Source of the DNA: Dictyostelium discoideum
Taxonomy: Eukaryota
Assembly (NCBI GenBank): GCA_000004695.1
Contig: CM000153.2
Coordinates: 2,016,001 to 2,080,000 of the forward strand
Direction of reading: 5' to 3'
Length of the DNA: 64,000 nt
In this document: one piece after another, positions 25,403-39,452 of the stretch
Position numbering within the stretch: position 1 is the first letter of the stretch
Layout: each line of letters opens with the position of its first letter
Notes under the pieces: model-generated
The model's database searches: none
Told to the model about the DNA's origin: nothing
Seen by the model: the letters and a program-made list of their open reading frames with translations, nothing else
Program-made: the position numbers and the translations under genes

Positions 25403-28400
25403 TTATTTTTGAGGATTACATCTTTTACAAAATTGACTACCATTTGTTGAAATTGGTGAAAGTGGTATATCAGGTAAACCAGGTATAACATTTTTATAAA
25501 TATCTTGTAAATCATTATAAACTTCATTAAAGGATTGTTTTCTTTGTGATTGTTCAGCCAATAAAGAGGCGATTAAAGTTTTGATACGGATTGGAATATA
25601 TTGGAAATCAGTGGTTAGGAAATCACGATGTAATGGAGTTGGATGTTTATATTGATATCTATGTTTTGTAACCATTTCAAAGAATGTACAACCAAAGGAA
25701 TAGATATCAACCTTTTCACCATCGTATTGGAATCTACCATACTCTTCGGGAACATAGTCATCTGTATGAAAAGTTGAAGTGAAATTATTATCATGCACTA
25801 ATTCCTTTTGAATTGATGCACCTAAATCTGTGATTTTACAAATTAACCCACCAAATTCTCTTTGACGTTCATCATTTTCATCGGAAGCTTCAGAACTATT
25901 GAAATTTTCAAAGACAAGGATATTATCAGGTTTTAAATCACGATGGATGATTTGACATTTATGAATATCAATCATACCTAAACAAATATCCATCATAAAT
26001 CTAATTACCAACTTCCAGGATCTGTACTCTAATAAATTGGTTTTCAATGAACCCGCAGTGGCACACTCTAATAACATACCACGTTTGTTTGGATTATCAT
26101 CAGAGATTGCAGGCATTTTAATGATATAATCAGAGAATTGTAAACGCTTTAATTTATCCACCTCTTCATAGAATAATGTCTCTAAAGATTTCTTATCAGT
26201 TTGCTCAACATTACTAAAATTGTATTTGAAATTGTCAACTGATTCACCAGTTTTATAAGTTTGATAAATTTTCTCTTCATACATTTCCCTTTCAATATCT
26301 TCTTCCAATTGAAGTGAATCTTTTGTCTCTATAAATTGTTTAAAAACATAAGAACCCTCTGGACAATTTGATAACATTGGCCAATCAATATGTTTAACCA
26401 TATAAATATTTGCTTGACCACCCGATGCAAATGGTTCAATTTCTGTTTCTATACATGATGATGGTATCTTTAATGATTGTTCAATATCAATGGAACTTTC
26501 TATAACATTTAATATAAATTTATCAATATTCCATAAAATTGGATTTTCAACTGTAACAATACTATTATTATTAATAATTTTATTATTATTATTATTATTA
26601 TAGTTATTATTATTATTATTATAGGAATATTCATTATCACTATTATTATTTCTACTATTTGTACCACTACCTGTACTATTCTTTCTATTGTTATTATTAT
26701 TATTAAATTTATTATAACTTCCACCTGTGTTACTATTACTATTACTTCCACCTGTACCACTACCACTTGTGTTATCATCTGACACAACTTCAACACTATT
26801 ATTATTAAAATTTCTAGCAATAGCATGTTCTAATAAACTACCACCACTATGATGATGATTATTTAATGGTGTTAATGGTGATACAGTTGGTGGTGATTGT
26901 GGTCTTGATGAAGGTTGAGTTGGTGGTGGTGGAACTTCTTTTTGATCGATTATATAATTTGATAAAATAAAATTCATTAATAAACGTAAAGCAATTATTA
27001 AACTATAATCATCAAATATTTGAATTTCTTTAGTTTGAAAAGGATTTTTACAATTTGGTAAAACCAAATGAAAATTGTACAATTTAGTTTTATGTAACTT
27101 ATAAGTGAATCTATCTTTTGGTGATATAACTGAATCTCTTTCAAAACGATCCTGATAAAGAGTATTCATAAGATCACGAAATGAATATGACCTTAGTAGC
27201 ATATAGATTAATCTTGGATATTTTCTATCCTTTAATTTTACAACCACCTCTAATGGTATGAAATGTTGTTGCTGTTGCTGTTGTTCATTACCAGATACTT
27301 TGTCAACTTTGAAATAACAATTCCAACAGACTTTATTCACTGAACATAAATCACAAATCATTTTACATTTACAATAATTACAAAAACTTATAAATTCTGA
27401 TCTAAATCTGCATATATAACATTCTTTATCCTGTTCAATAATTTCACTACCAAATTCAAATTGATTATTAAATTCTTTATTAAATTCATTTTCTTCATAA
27501 TCACTATCATCTTCATCATTATTATTATTATTATTATTACTATTATTGTTATTATTATTATTATTATTTTTTATAATTTCATTCATTGAATTAATTGTTT
27601 TTTTATCAATAACTTTAGACATTGATAAAATATTATTATAAACTGCTAAAACTATTTTTGGATTTATATCTTTTGGTCTATGATGATTAAATTTAATTTT
27701 TGGTATTAAACCACTATTACTATTACCACCTGAATTATTTATCAATGAATTACTTGAACTATTATTATTGGAACTATTAGAATTATTAGAACCACTATTA
27801 CTATTTCCAGAATTATAATTTGAGGTCGTATAAAATATTAAATTTTGAGTTTCAATACCTAAACTATTATTTGGTAATTCTGCTGGTCTTAATGTAAATT
27901 CATTATATGAATAATATCTTTTTGAATATTTTAATTCTTTTTCTGAAAATTCAAATATTTTAATATTATTTATAATATTATTATTATTATTATTATTAGT
28001 ATTACTATTATTACTATTATTATTAATAATACTATTATTATTACTAATACTAGTATCGTTACTATTTATATTGCTATTTAAATTATTATCATTATTAAAA
28101 TTACTATTACTATTATTATTATTATTTAAATTATTATTACTATTATTATTATTTAAATTATTATCATTATTATTATTTAAATTATTTAAATTATTATTTG
28201 AATTAATTTCAACAAAATATTTTAAAATTATTTCTTTTTTAGTTGGTTGATAATAAAGGTTATTTAATTTTAATTGTAATTGAAATTCTTCAATTGATTT
28301 AATATGTAAAGAATATTCTTTTAATAAATGTAAAATCTCTTGATTCTCTGAAGCATTTGAAGATTGACGATTAATTTCACCAATTAATTTAATGATTCTA

Positions 28401-29127
28401 ATTACAATTATTAAATAAACATATAAATTTAATAATGAAAAACTATGAAATAATTTATATTCTACAGGTAAAGTACATGATTTATCAATTAAAATCTCTT
28501 TATTATCAATACAATAAATTCTTTTAATCTCTTCTACTGTTGGTACATATGATTCAAATGATGATAAAAATTTAAAACTATTCTCTTTATTTTCATTCTT
28601 TCTATTATTTATTGCATCCAATACACTATTTTTATTGAATGAAATAATTGGTATTTGTGTTGTTGTTGTCGTCTGTGATATTGGTGATGATAACTTTTCA
28701 AAATCATTTGCAATTGATTGAAACAAATTAATTATTTCATAATATCCTTTTAAATAACTATTTCTATATTTGGATTTTAATCCCATTAATGATTTTTCCT
28801 AAAAATAAAATAATATTAAATTAATATTAATATTAATATTAATAATATATATAAAAAATAATTAAAAAATATTAATAAACTTACAACTTGATTATATTCA
28901 ATTGAATTTGAATAATAATTATTTAAATCATAAAGATGTGTCCATAGATTTTGAAGTTCCTCATCTTTTGGTGGAATAATATTATATTGAAGATCTCTAT
29001 AGATTTCACTTATAGATTTCAATGATTGGTTTCTTGATGTTGAAAATAAATTTGAATTTAATTTAAAACTGGTCATCCATTTTAATAATGGAAGATTAAT
29101 TTCTGCTGATAAAATATAATCTGACAT
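25403..29127 (-). CDS. Large Asn-rich protein kinase with central Cys-rich putative zinc-binding module and C-terminal Ser/Thr-type kinase domain (HRDLKPDNIL; atypical DLG instead of DFG). Exon 1 28885..29127, intron 28799..28884 (GTAAGT), exon 2 25403..28798
   Basis: Kinase subdomains: FASGGQANIYMV (Gly loop), IIHRDLKPDNILVFEN, KITDLGAS, DDYVPEEY, DIYSFGCTFFEM. Cys cluster CYICRFRSEFISFCNYCKCKMICDLCSVNKVCWNCYF. Exon 1 (MSDYILSAEINLPLLKWM...EYNQV) joins exon 2 (EKSLMGLKSKYRNSYLKGYY..) in phase 0. Confidence 0.75.
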
Positions 29128-29764
29128 TTTTTACTTAATTTTTTTTTTTTTTTTTTTTTTTATTATTATTTTTTTTACAAAGAAATATCAATATTATACA
29201 TATTTTATAAATAAAACAATAAAAAATAATAAAAAAAAAAAAAAACGATCACTTTTGCCTTAAAATAATAAAAAAAAAAAAAAAAGTCTCGCAGTTTTTT
29301 ATCGCACGAAAAAAAAAAAAAACCTAAAAATAAAATATCCAATTTTCATTTTTTTTTTTTTTTTTTTTTTTTTTTATTATTTTTATCCTTAATAAAAATT
29401 TTAATTAAGTTTTGAAAAACAAAATTAATAATGTCTTTAAATGGTTTATTATAAATTTAAATCCGTTTTTTTTTTTTAGGTTTTATTAAAATATGATTTT
29501 CTTTATTTTTTTTTAATGATTAAAAATGAAAAAAAAAAAAAATGAAAAAAACACAACAGTTGCATTCATTTTTTATATATTTTATATGATTTTGTATTTA
29601 TGAGGGCTCTATTTATCTATACTAAATCCCTATTAAAAAAATTTTTAAAATACCAATATTTAATGACTGGTCGATCGAACAAAAAAAAAAAAAAAAATAA
29701 AAAAAATAAAAAATAAAAAATAAAAAAGAAAATCACTATTTCAAAGAAAAAAAAAAAAAAAATG

Positions 29765-29796
<32 letters not shown>

Positions 29797-29832
29797 GATT
29801 GATATTTTTTATTATTTTTTTTTTTTTTTGGA

Positions 29833-29866
<34 letters not shown>

Positions 29867-29895
29867 CCACAAAACACGCACAATATAAACTAAAA

Positions 29896-31208
29896 ATGGA
29901 AGAATTATTTGAAAACGATTATTTTATCATTATTGGAACAGTGACTGATAAAGATAGTTTAACAGATTCCATTGATCAATCAGGTGGTATCTTCTCAAAA
30001 ACTTTAAATAAAAAAGTAAGAAATATCACAATATTAATAAAAAAAAATTTTAATATCCATTCATACATACTAATAATTATAATAATTATAATAATAATAA
30101 TAATAATATAAATTTTTAGACAACATTAGTAATTTGTAATGATATTGATGATGAAAATAATAAAAAAGAATTAGAGAAAGTAAAGAGTGATTTAAAGATT
30201 ATTGGTGAACAATTCATTACAGAATCAATTAAAGAAAAGAAAAGATTAAATGTTGATGATTTTATAACCAAATCAAAGAGTGGTGGTAGTGGTAGTGGTG
30301 GTAGTGGTGGTAGTAATGATTCAGATGAACAACAGCCAAGTAAAAGATTAAAAGTTGATTCATTACAAGTTGGATCAACATGGATGGGAGCATTATTTTA
30401 TGTGAATACAAGTGAAAGTTATCCATTCTCATTGAATATTGAATCAAGAGTTGATGATATAAACACCAATGAAAGTAAATTAGAAGGTACAATCGATTGG
30501 CCAACATTAGAGGATGCAAAAACTGCATTCCGTGCAACTTTAAAAGATGATGATTTAAAGATTGAAGAGCATACACAAATCACAAACACTGATCAAGTTT
30601 CATTACCAAATAATTATGAAGCAAAAGTTATCAATGGTAATAGACCTTCAATTAAAGGTACAATCGTTTATAGTGATCCTACTGATTCCGCAAATCCTGA
30701 TTTAAAAGCAAGTTTTAATTTAACTTTTAAACCATCAACTACTCCATCTTCTTCAATCTCATCTGCAACATCAAATTCAACATCAACTACATCATCATCA
30801 TCATCATCAAATTCAAATGGTACAGGATCATCTGCAAATTCAACACCAAAATTAGATTTAGATTATTTAATTGCAGGTAATCAATTTAAGGGTGATTTTG
30901 AAATACCATATAAATTTAATGTTAAAATTACTTCAAGAAAGAATCAACAAGATATTGAAGGTATAGTTGATTGGGTTGATTTAAAGACAAAAACAAAATT
31001 AAAGGGTACTTTAAATGAAAAAGATTTATCAATTACTTTAACTGAAACTGATATCATTAGTGGTAGTGGTGTTGAATTACCAATCGTTTATACTGGTACT
31101 CTTACCTCTTCATCCGATCCAAAAACTTTGGATTTAATAACTGGTCAATATAAAGTTGATGGTAGTACACCTTCAACTGGTAAATTTAAATTAGAATTAA
31201 ATTGTTAA
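29896..31208 (+). CDS. BRCT-domain protein with basic NLS (PSKRLKVD), Gly/Ser linker and C-terminal triplicated ~60-aa repeat (EGTIDWP.. / KGTIVYSD.. / EGIVDWVD..). Exon 1 29896..30015, intron 30016..30119 (GTAAGA..TTTTAG), exon 2 30120..31208
   Basis: Spliced N-terminus YFIIIGTVTDKDSLTDSIDQSGGIFSKTLNKK|TTLVICNDIDDENNKKELEKVKSDLKIIGEQFITESIKEKKRL has the BRCT pattern (hydrophobic core, GG, conserved W-less variant). Phase-0 join verified. ORF 30384..31208 is the in-frame continuation. Confidence 0.55.
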
Positions 31209-31441
31209 AAAAAAAGAAAGAATAAAAGATTTTAAAAATTGTTTATAAAAAAATAATAATAAAACACATATTACATTATTATTATAATTATCATTATTAT
31301 TATTATTATTACTACTATATTACTATTTTCTTTTTATTTTTTTTTATTTTTTTTATTTTTTTTTTATTTTTTTATTATTTTATATTATTTTTTTTTTTTA
31401 AAAGGTGTACCTAAACTTTATTAAGGTAAAGTCAAACTTAT

Positions 31442-33154
<1,713 letters not shown>

Positions 33155-33368
33155 TCTTTTTTATTTTTTTTTTTTATTTATTATTATTAAATCACCCAAT
33201 TAAATATTATGTAGTTTTTTTTTTTGTATAGTGCTTTATTTGTGTTATTACTATAGTTTTATTTTTTTATTTATTTTTTGATGTCTTTAATATATAAATA
33301 AAAAAAAACTAAATAAACTTTTTTTTTTTCAATTGAGTTTTCAAAAATCAAAAAAAAATAAAAAAAAA

Positions 33369-33403
<35 letters not shown>

Positions 33404-33764
33404 ATTTTTAATTTTTATTTTTATTTTTTTTTCAATATTTTTAGGGAAAAGATTGGAAAACGATAGTCCGGATTTGAAACATATGAAATAAATGTTATCG
33501 CTTTGAAAAAAAAAAAAAAAATTTAAAAAAAGATCGTGTATTTAATAAAATAAAAATAAAAATAAAATAAAATAAAAGTAAAAATATAAATAAAAAAAAA
33601 TAAAAATCGATTAGTTATTAAAATAATAAAATCAAAATTTAAAAAATATTAATTCAAATAATTTTAATTAATAACAAATTTGAAATTTATATCTATTTAA
33701 TTTTGAATTATTAACAACACAATTTTCAATGTTTAAAGTTTTTAATTTTTTTTTTTTTTTTTTT

Positions 33765-33803
<39 letters not shown>

Positions 33804-33995
33804 CTTAACAAATTTTATTAATAAAATAAAAAAAATATTTTTTCGTTTTGTTTTTATCGTTAATTTAAATTAAACTTAAAATAAATAATTTGCCTCATAA
33901 AAAAAATATCTACCAGGAAAATATATATACGTCGGAAAATTGTGGCTCGATAAATTAAATGTGATAATTTTTTCTTAAGGAACATTTTTTAAAAA

Positions 33996-34021
33996 ATTCC
34001 AATCGAACGTTCCATTGGAAT
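33996..34021. promoter_or_regulatory. 26-bp near-perfect palindrome ATTCCAATcGAACGTTCcATTGGAAT (nested GAAnnTTC core flanked by inverted CCAAT/ATTGG boxes) in the ragC / 34510-gene divergent intergenic region
   Basis: Reverse complement differs only at the two c positions flanking the central GAACGTTC. Contains the HSE-like unit GAAcgTTC and TTCn5GAA spacing. Confidence 0.5.
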
Positions 34022-34070
34022 GAGAAATTTTAAATAATAATTTTTTTATAATTCTATAAACAGTAAAATC

Positions 34071-34200
34071 ATTTTTTTCCGGGGTTAATTCAATAGGTTA
34101 AAATTAAATTTTTTACCACTTCAATTTTAATAATATATAATATTATAAATTCAATTAAAATTTTATTTCACTCTTTAATTTTAATTAACCCCGGAAAAAA
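34071..34200. mobile_element. MITE-like 130-bp element: perfect 20-bp terminal inverted repeats ATTTTTTTCCGGGGTTAATT (34071..34090) / AATTAACCCCGGAAAAAAAT (34181..34200) around a 90-bp AT-rich core. Related solo-end-like motifs at 34237 (TTTTTTTTCCAGCCC), 34296 (CTGCCCGGAAAAAAA..) and 34378 (TTTCCGGTTTTTTTT)
   Basis: Exact reverse-complement match of 20 bp including a GC-rich CCGGGG core, very unlikely by chance in ~80% AT DNA. CCGG is otherwise almost absent from non-coding parts of the window. Confidence 0.4.
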
Positions 34201-34509
34201 ATAATATTAAAATATTTAAAATAACTAATAATATTTTTTTTCCAGCCCACAATTGAGATGAAAATTCATTTCGAATATTCTATTAGAAGAAACTCTGCCC
34301 GGAAAAAAAAAAAAAAAAAAAAAAAAAAAACCCAAAATCTTATTATTAAGCAAATATCCAAAACTAAATTTTCTCCTTTCCGGTTTTTTTTCTTATGTTT
34401 TTACTTTTTTTTTTTTGGTATAAATTAAGTCTTTTAAAATTTTATTTTTTTTATTTTATTTTATTATAGTTATTTTAAATAATAATAAAATTAACAAATA
34501 AAAGAAAAA

Positions 34510-35124
34510 ATGGTTGAAAAAAGATCTTTTGTTTCTTCAAATAAAAAAGAAGAAGTTTTTACCAAAACAATTGAAATTATTGAAAAAGATAGAAAACATT
34601 ACAAATACACTATTGATAATATGCAAACTTATGCACATGCAATTCAACCTCATTTTACCATGTGGGTTAATGCAATGCATATTTTAGGAATTGGTGGTGA
34701 AATTACAGAAGAGAATTGTAGAGATGAAATGTTTGGTCTTAGAGACGAAGGTAATCATTCAATTTTATGTTTAGATTATTTTTCACAATTGGGTGAATTC
34801 AAATTACATCATTATGCCAACGGTTACAAAATTGCCAAACAAGTTTACCAAAATTTAAAAAAGCCAATGGTAATCTTATCATTTTTAATTGCCAATGAAT
34901 TAAACTCTGGTGTTGTTGAAGATCTTGAAAATGCTTTATCAGTACTCGGTGTCAAAGACACAACCTACGTTGACGTCCATAAAGAAGCCGATTCCATAAC
35001 TTCTGAAGATGGTCATGCTATTAAACTTTTAAAAGTATTAGAAATGGAGAATGCCACTGTTGAAGACATCAATTTAGGAATTCAATTATACAGAGATTTT
35101 TACAATGACATCTTTTTAAATTAA
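34510..35124 (+). CDS. Hypothetical 204-aa protein (single exon), no recognisable family
   Basis: Clean ATG-to-stop ORF with coding-like composition and codon usage (third-position A/T, balanced amino-acid content). No motif recognised. Confidence 0.45.
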   Translation: MVEKRSFVSSNKKEEVFTKTIEIIEKDRKHYKYTIDNMQTYAHAIQPHFTMWVNAMHILGIGGEITEENCRDEMFGLRDEGNHSILCLDYFSQLGEFKLHHYANGYKIAKQVYQNLKKPMVILSFLIANELNSGVVEDLENALSVLGVKDTTYVDVHKEADSITSEDGHAIKLLKVLEMENATVEDINLGIQLYRDFYNDIFLN

Positions 35125-35267
35125 CCAAATAAAATAAAATAAAATAAACATATTTATTTATTTATTCATTAAAAACTTGTTGTTGTTGTAGTTGTAAATA
35201 TGTAACTTTTTTTTTATTTTTTTTATTGTTTTTTTTTTTTTATTTTTTTTTTTTTATTTAATTTTAT

Positions 35268-38200
35268 TTATTTCTTTTTACCAACTTGTTTATCTTTTTT
35301 ATTGAAAACAGTTCTATGAACTTTCGAAACACCATCAATAAATTTAGTTTCAAATAAAACATTTGCATTTGTAAACATACCTTCTTTAAGAGATACAACG
35401 ATGAATTGAGAACTTGTGAAATGTTGTTTTAACATCATACCGATATTTTGAGTATGTGAAAGATCGAGAGCAGCATCGATTTCATCTAGAATATACATTG
35501 GAGCAGGTTTAAAGAGTAATAATGAGAGAATTAAAGAGAGTGCTAATAAAGATTTTTGACCACCACTTAACTCTGAGAGGGTTTCTTTCCAAACGTCACC
35601 AAATGCAACTTTAACTTCAAGACCAAATAATTCATTTTGACCTTCTGGTGGCTCCAATTTTGCAGAGGTACCAGGTAAGAGAGTTGAAAATATTGAGCCG
35701 AAATCTTTATTTACCTTTTTCCAAGTGGTACGAAGTGATTCATTCTTTTTCTCATCCAATTCTCTAATTACATGTTCAATTTTACTCTTATCATTTTCAA
35801 TGATTTTCTTTTTTTCCATCAATTCTTGATATTCTTGTTCGGCTTTTTCAAACATACTCATTACCTTTCTATTGATAGTTTTGGAAAGTTTCTCTTGTTC
35901 CTCTTGAAGTTTAATATATTCAGAGTTTGCTTTGGATGGATCTGTAGCATTGAAATCGAAATCACTACCAGGTCTATTGAATAGTTGTTTCTCATTCTTT
36001 ATCCAAGTATGCTTTTTAATTGCAGCTTCTAACCATTTCGAAGCCTCTTGACGATCTTTATCTACACGATTCATTCTACTCTTGAGTTTCTCTGTTGACA
36101 TATCGATTTCAGTGATTTCTGATTGAATTTTCTCCAATTCTTGATGTAGTGAACGAATTGCATCATTCTTTTGTGCCATATCTTTTCTAATTTCAGAGAG
36201 GGTTTCTCTAATGTCTTGAATTTGTTTATTGGTTTCCGATATTGAACGTGCCAATGTATCAACATCTTTTCTCATCTTTGAAATGGTACCTTGATTGCCT
36301 TGAGTCTCCTTTGAGAGATTCTCCAATTCATTATCCATCTCTTGAATTTCCAAATCTAATTTCTCAATGAATACTTGTTCACCTTTTACGATTTTATTTG
36401 ATTTTATACATTTCTCTTTAGTGATTTGAATTTTCTTTTCAAGATCTTTCAATTGACTCTCTCTAATCGATTGAAAATCGTTAACTTGACTCTCTAATTG
36501 TTTAACTTTTTCCAATGCCTCTTTTTCTTTAATCATTGAGTTGGTGATTAATTGAGTATCGGATTCAATGGATTTCTCCATCTCTTTAATTGATTCCAAT
36601 AATTGATGATGTGGATTCAATTGGAAACGTTGGGCAATCAATGATGCTGCATGTTGTTTAATATTGAGTTGTTGTTCCAATTGTTTGAATCTATCAGTTA
36701 CAGATTTAAGTTGAACCAACTCAAAGTTAATATGTTCCAATTGGGATTGATTCTCTCTAAGACAACGATTATTTTCATTTAAACGTTGAATTTGTGTTAG
36801 AATTGAACCAGAGGGTGGTCTACTACCACCAGTTAAAGAACCTGCAGGATTATATTCATCACCTTCCAAAGAGATGGTTCTAACCTTAATCGATGAATCA
36901 AATGCCGCTTTTTGAGCATACTTTTTATCGGTTGCAATAAATGTTGAACCAAATACAAAGTTCATTGCAGGTTGCAATTCTTTATCGTACTCAACAAACT
37001 CAATAGCTGGTTTAACTGCACCATTTGGTGCAATCTTTTGTGCATTCTTAATCTTTTGTGGATCAATAGAACGACCCTCGACTTTATTCAATGGGAGAAG
37101 TGTTACCCTTCTCTTCAATTGACCCTTTGAGAGTAACGCTTTACCAGTTTCATCATCTTCGATTACAATATTATAAAGTTTACCACTTGCACAAATTTCC
37201 AAAGCAGTTGCAGTTTCAACATCTTTAAGTGTGATTAAATTTGCAACGATACCTTTAACCTTACTTCTATCGAATGATTTTGAAGGATCGGTATAGTTGA
37301 ATTCTAAACCACTCAATTGTGCAGAGGCATTACCAACCTCTTCACGTAATTTCGATACCAATGGTTCCAATTGACGCTTTTTCTCAGTTAATTCTTGTTG
37401 TTTACTATTATCCAATTGAAGCTCTTGAATTGAACGTGTTAATTGTTGGATTTCTCTCTCTACTAGCTCTTGCTCTGCTTGTAATTTCTTATGATCTGTT
37501 TGTTCTTGTGTTATTGCTTTTCGTTTTGCAATTAATTCACTTTGTAAATGTTTAACACGAAATTCCGCTTGTTTATATTCAGATGCAGCATTTACTGCAG
37601 TTTTTTTAGCTTCCATCAATTGTTCAGTGTATGAACCATCCTCTGCAGCTGAACTACCATCGGCACCCGTTGAAATACCTGTGGTCATTGTATTGTGTTT
37701 ATTTTGTAAAGTTTTTAATTCTGCATTGATTTGTTGATTCTCTTCAACGATTGATTGGATTTTCTTCTCCATTGATTGTTTTTCTTTTTGTTTTTGTTGA
37801 ATCGATTGTTTAATCTCCTCACGAGTATTGGCTAAATTATTGATTGCACCCTCTTCCTTATCCAATGATTCCTTTTGATGTTTATGTGAAGTTTGATATT
37901 TAACCAACTCTTTTGAAAGTTTTTGTTCCTGTTGGTCCATTTCCTCTAGATTGGTCTCTTTCTCTCTTTGTTTTGCCAATTCACTAATCTTAGCCTTCAA
38001 ATCGGTTGATTTCAATGTTAAATCTTTCTTTCTCTTTTGTCCCTTATCAATCTCTGCTTTAAATGATTCAAACTCTGATGATTCTAATTTCTTTTCATAT
38101 GTATAATATTCATAGGCAATGATAAAACGTTGAAGACGGTCGATTAAAGTTTGATTATTTGTAAATTTCATATAACTTGTACGTTCACCTCTGAGTTTAT

Positions 38201-38927
38201 CCAATGTCGGTGTAATCTCCTCCGCTAATACTTTAGTGATTTCATCAACTTTCTTTTGTTTCTTTTCAATTGTATTCAATGCTGAATTCTTTTTCATTTC
38301 AAACATTCTAGTACCTGCCGCTTCTTCTATCATTGCTAAAATCTCTGGTGGTTTCATATTCAATACTTTTGTAATACGACCTTGCATAATTAAAAAATGT
38401 GGATTATTTACATTTAATTGTACTGAATGAAATAAATCTTGTACTCTTGATAATTGTGCATTATGACCATTAATTAAATATTTATTACGACCACCAATTG
38501 CAACCTTTTTTTAAAAATTTAAATAAAAAAAAAAAAAATTTTATTATTATTAATATTTGTATTTTTTTTTTTTTTTTTTTTTTTAAAAATAATAATAATA
38601 AAAACATACTTGTCTTGTTACAGTTATTTTATCTAAATGTTCATAACCAGCTGGTGATTGTTTTTTATCAGAATTATTAAAAGTGATGGTAACACTTGCT
38701 TTGGTTATACCAGCTTGACCTTTTTTATAAACCAACTCTTGAAGTGAATCAACTCTAACTTGTGATAAATTTGAAATACCAAGTACAAAACAAATACTAT
38801 CTAAAATATTACTTTTACCACTACCATTTAAACCAGTAATTGCATTAAACGTTGGATCAAAACCTTCTATAACTGTTCTATTTGCATATGATTTAAATCC
38901 ATCAATAATAATATCTTCAATATACAT
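35268..38927 (-). CDS. smc2: Structural maintenance of chromosomes protein 2 (condensin subunit SMC2). Exon 1 38610..38927, intron 38505..38609 (GTATGT..AAAAAAAG), exon 2 35268..38504; ~1184 aa
   Basis: N-terminus [98 protein letters not shown]|[67 protein letters not shown] is near-identical to human SMC2. C-terminal [55 protein letters not shown] (signature and Walker B). Long coiled coils and hinge in between. Confidence 0.92.
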
Positions 38928-38989
38928 ATTTCTTTCTTTTTTCTTTTTTTTTTTAATCTAAATAAATAATAGTAATAAATAATGATAAC

Positions 38990-39134
<145 letters not shown>

Positions 39135-39452
39135 TATACAATTTACACCTTTCTTAATGAAATACTAAAAAAAAAAAAAAAAAAATTAAAAATTTGACCC
39201 TCCTTTTTTTTTTTTTTTTTATTTTAAAAGTTTTTTTTTTTTTTTTTTTTCACAAAAAAAAAAGCGCGAAAAAAAAATAAAAAATAATATAATTCAGAAA
39301 ATTCCCATGGAATCGGTAAATTAATTTATGTTTTGTTTTTTTTTTTTTGTAAAAACCTTGATTTTAAAATGATTAATAAAAAAAACAAATAAAAATTTTT
39401 GATGGTTTTAATTAATAAAAAAAAAAAAAATTAAATTTATATTTTATTTTAT

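Noticed and set aside
33160-34510. Possibility that the CCGG-motif cluster is a set of STAT (TTCnnnGAA) sites
   Set aside because: The motifs are half-sites only (TTCCGGGG, CCCCGGAA). No complete TTCn3-4GAA is formed except within the separate 26-bp palindrome. Interpreted instead as MITE-like TIR copies, with the regulatory reading kept as an alternative.
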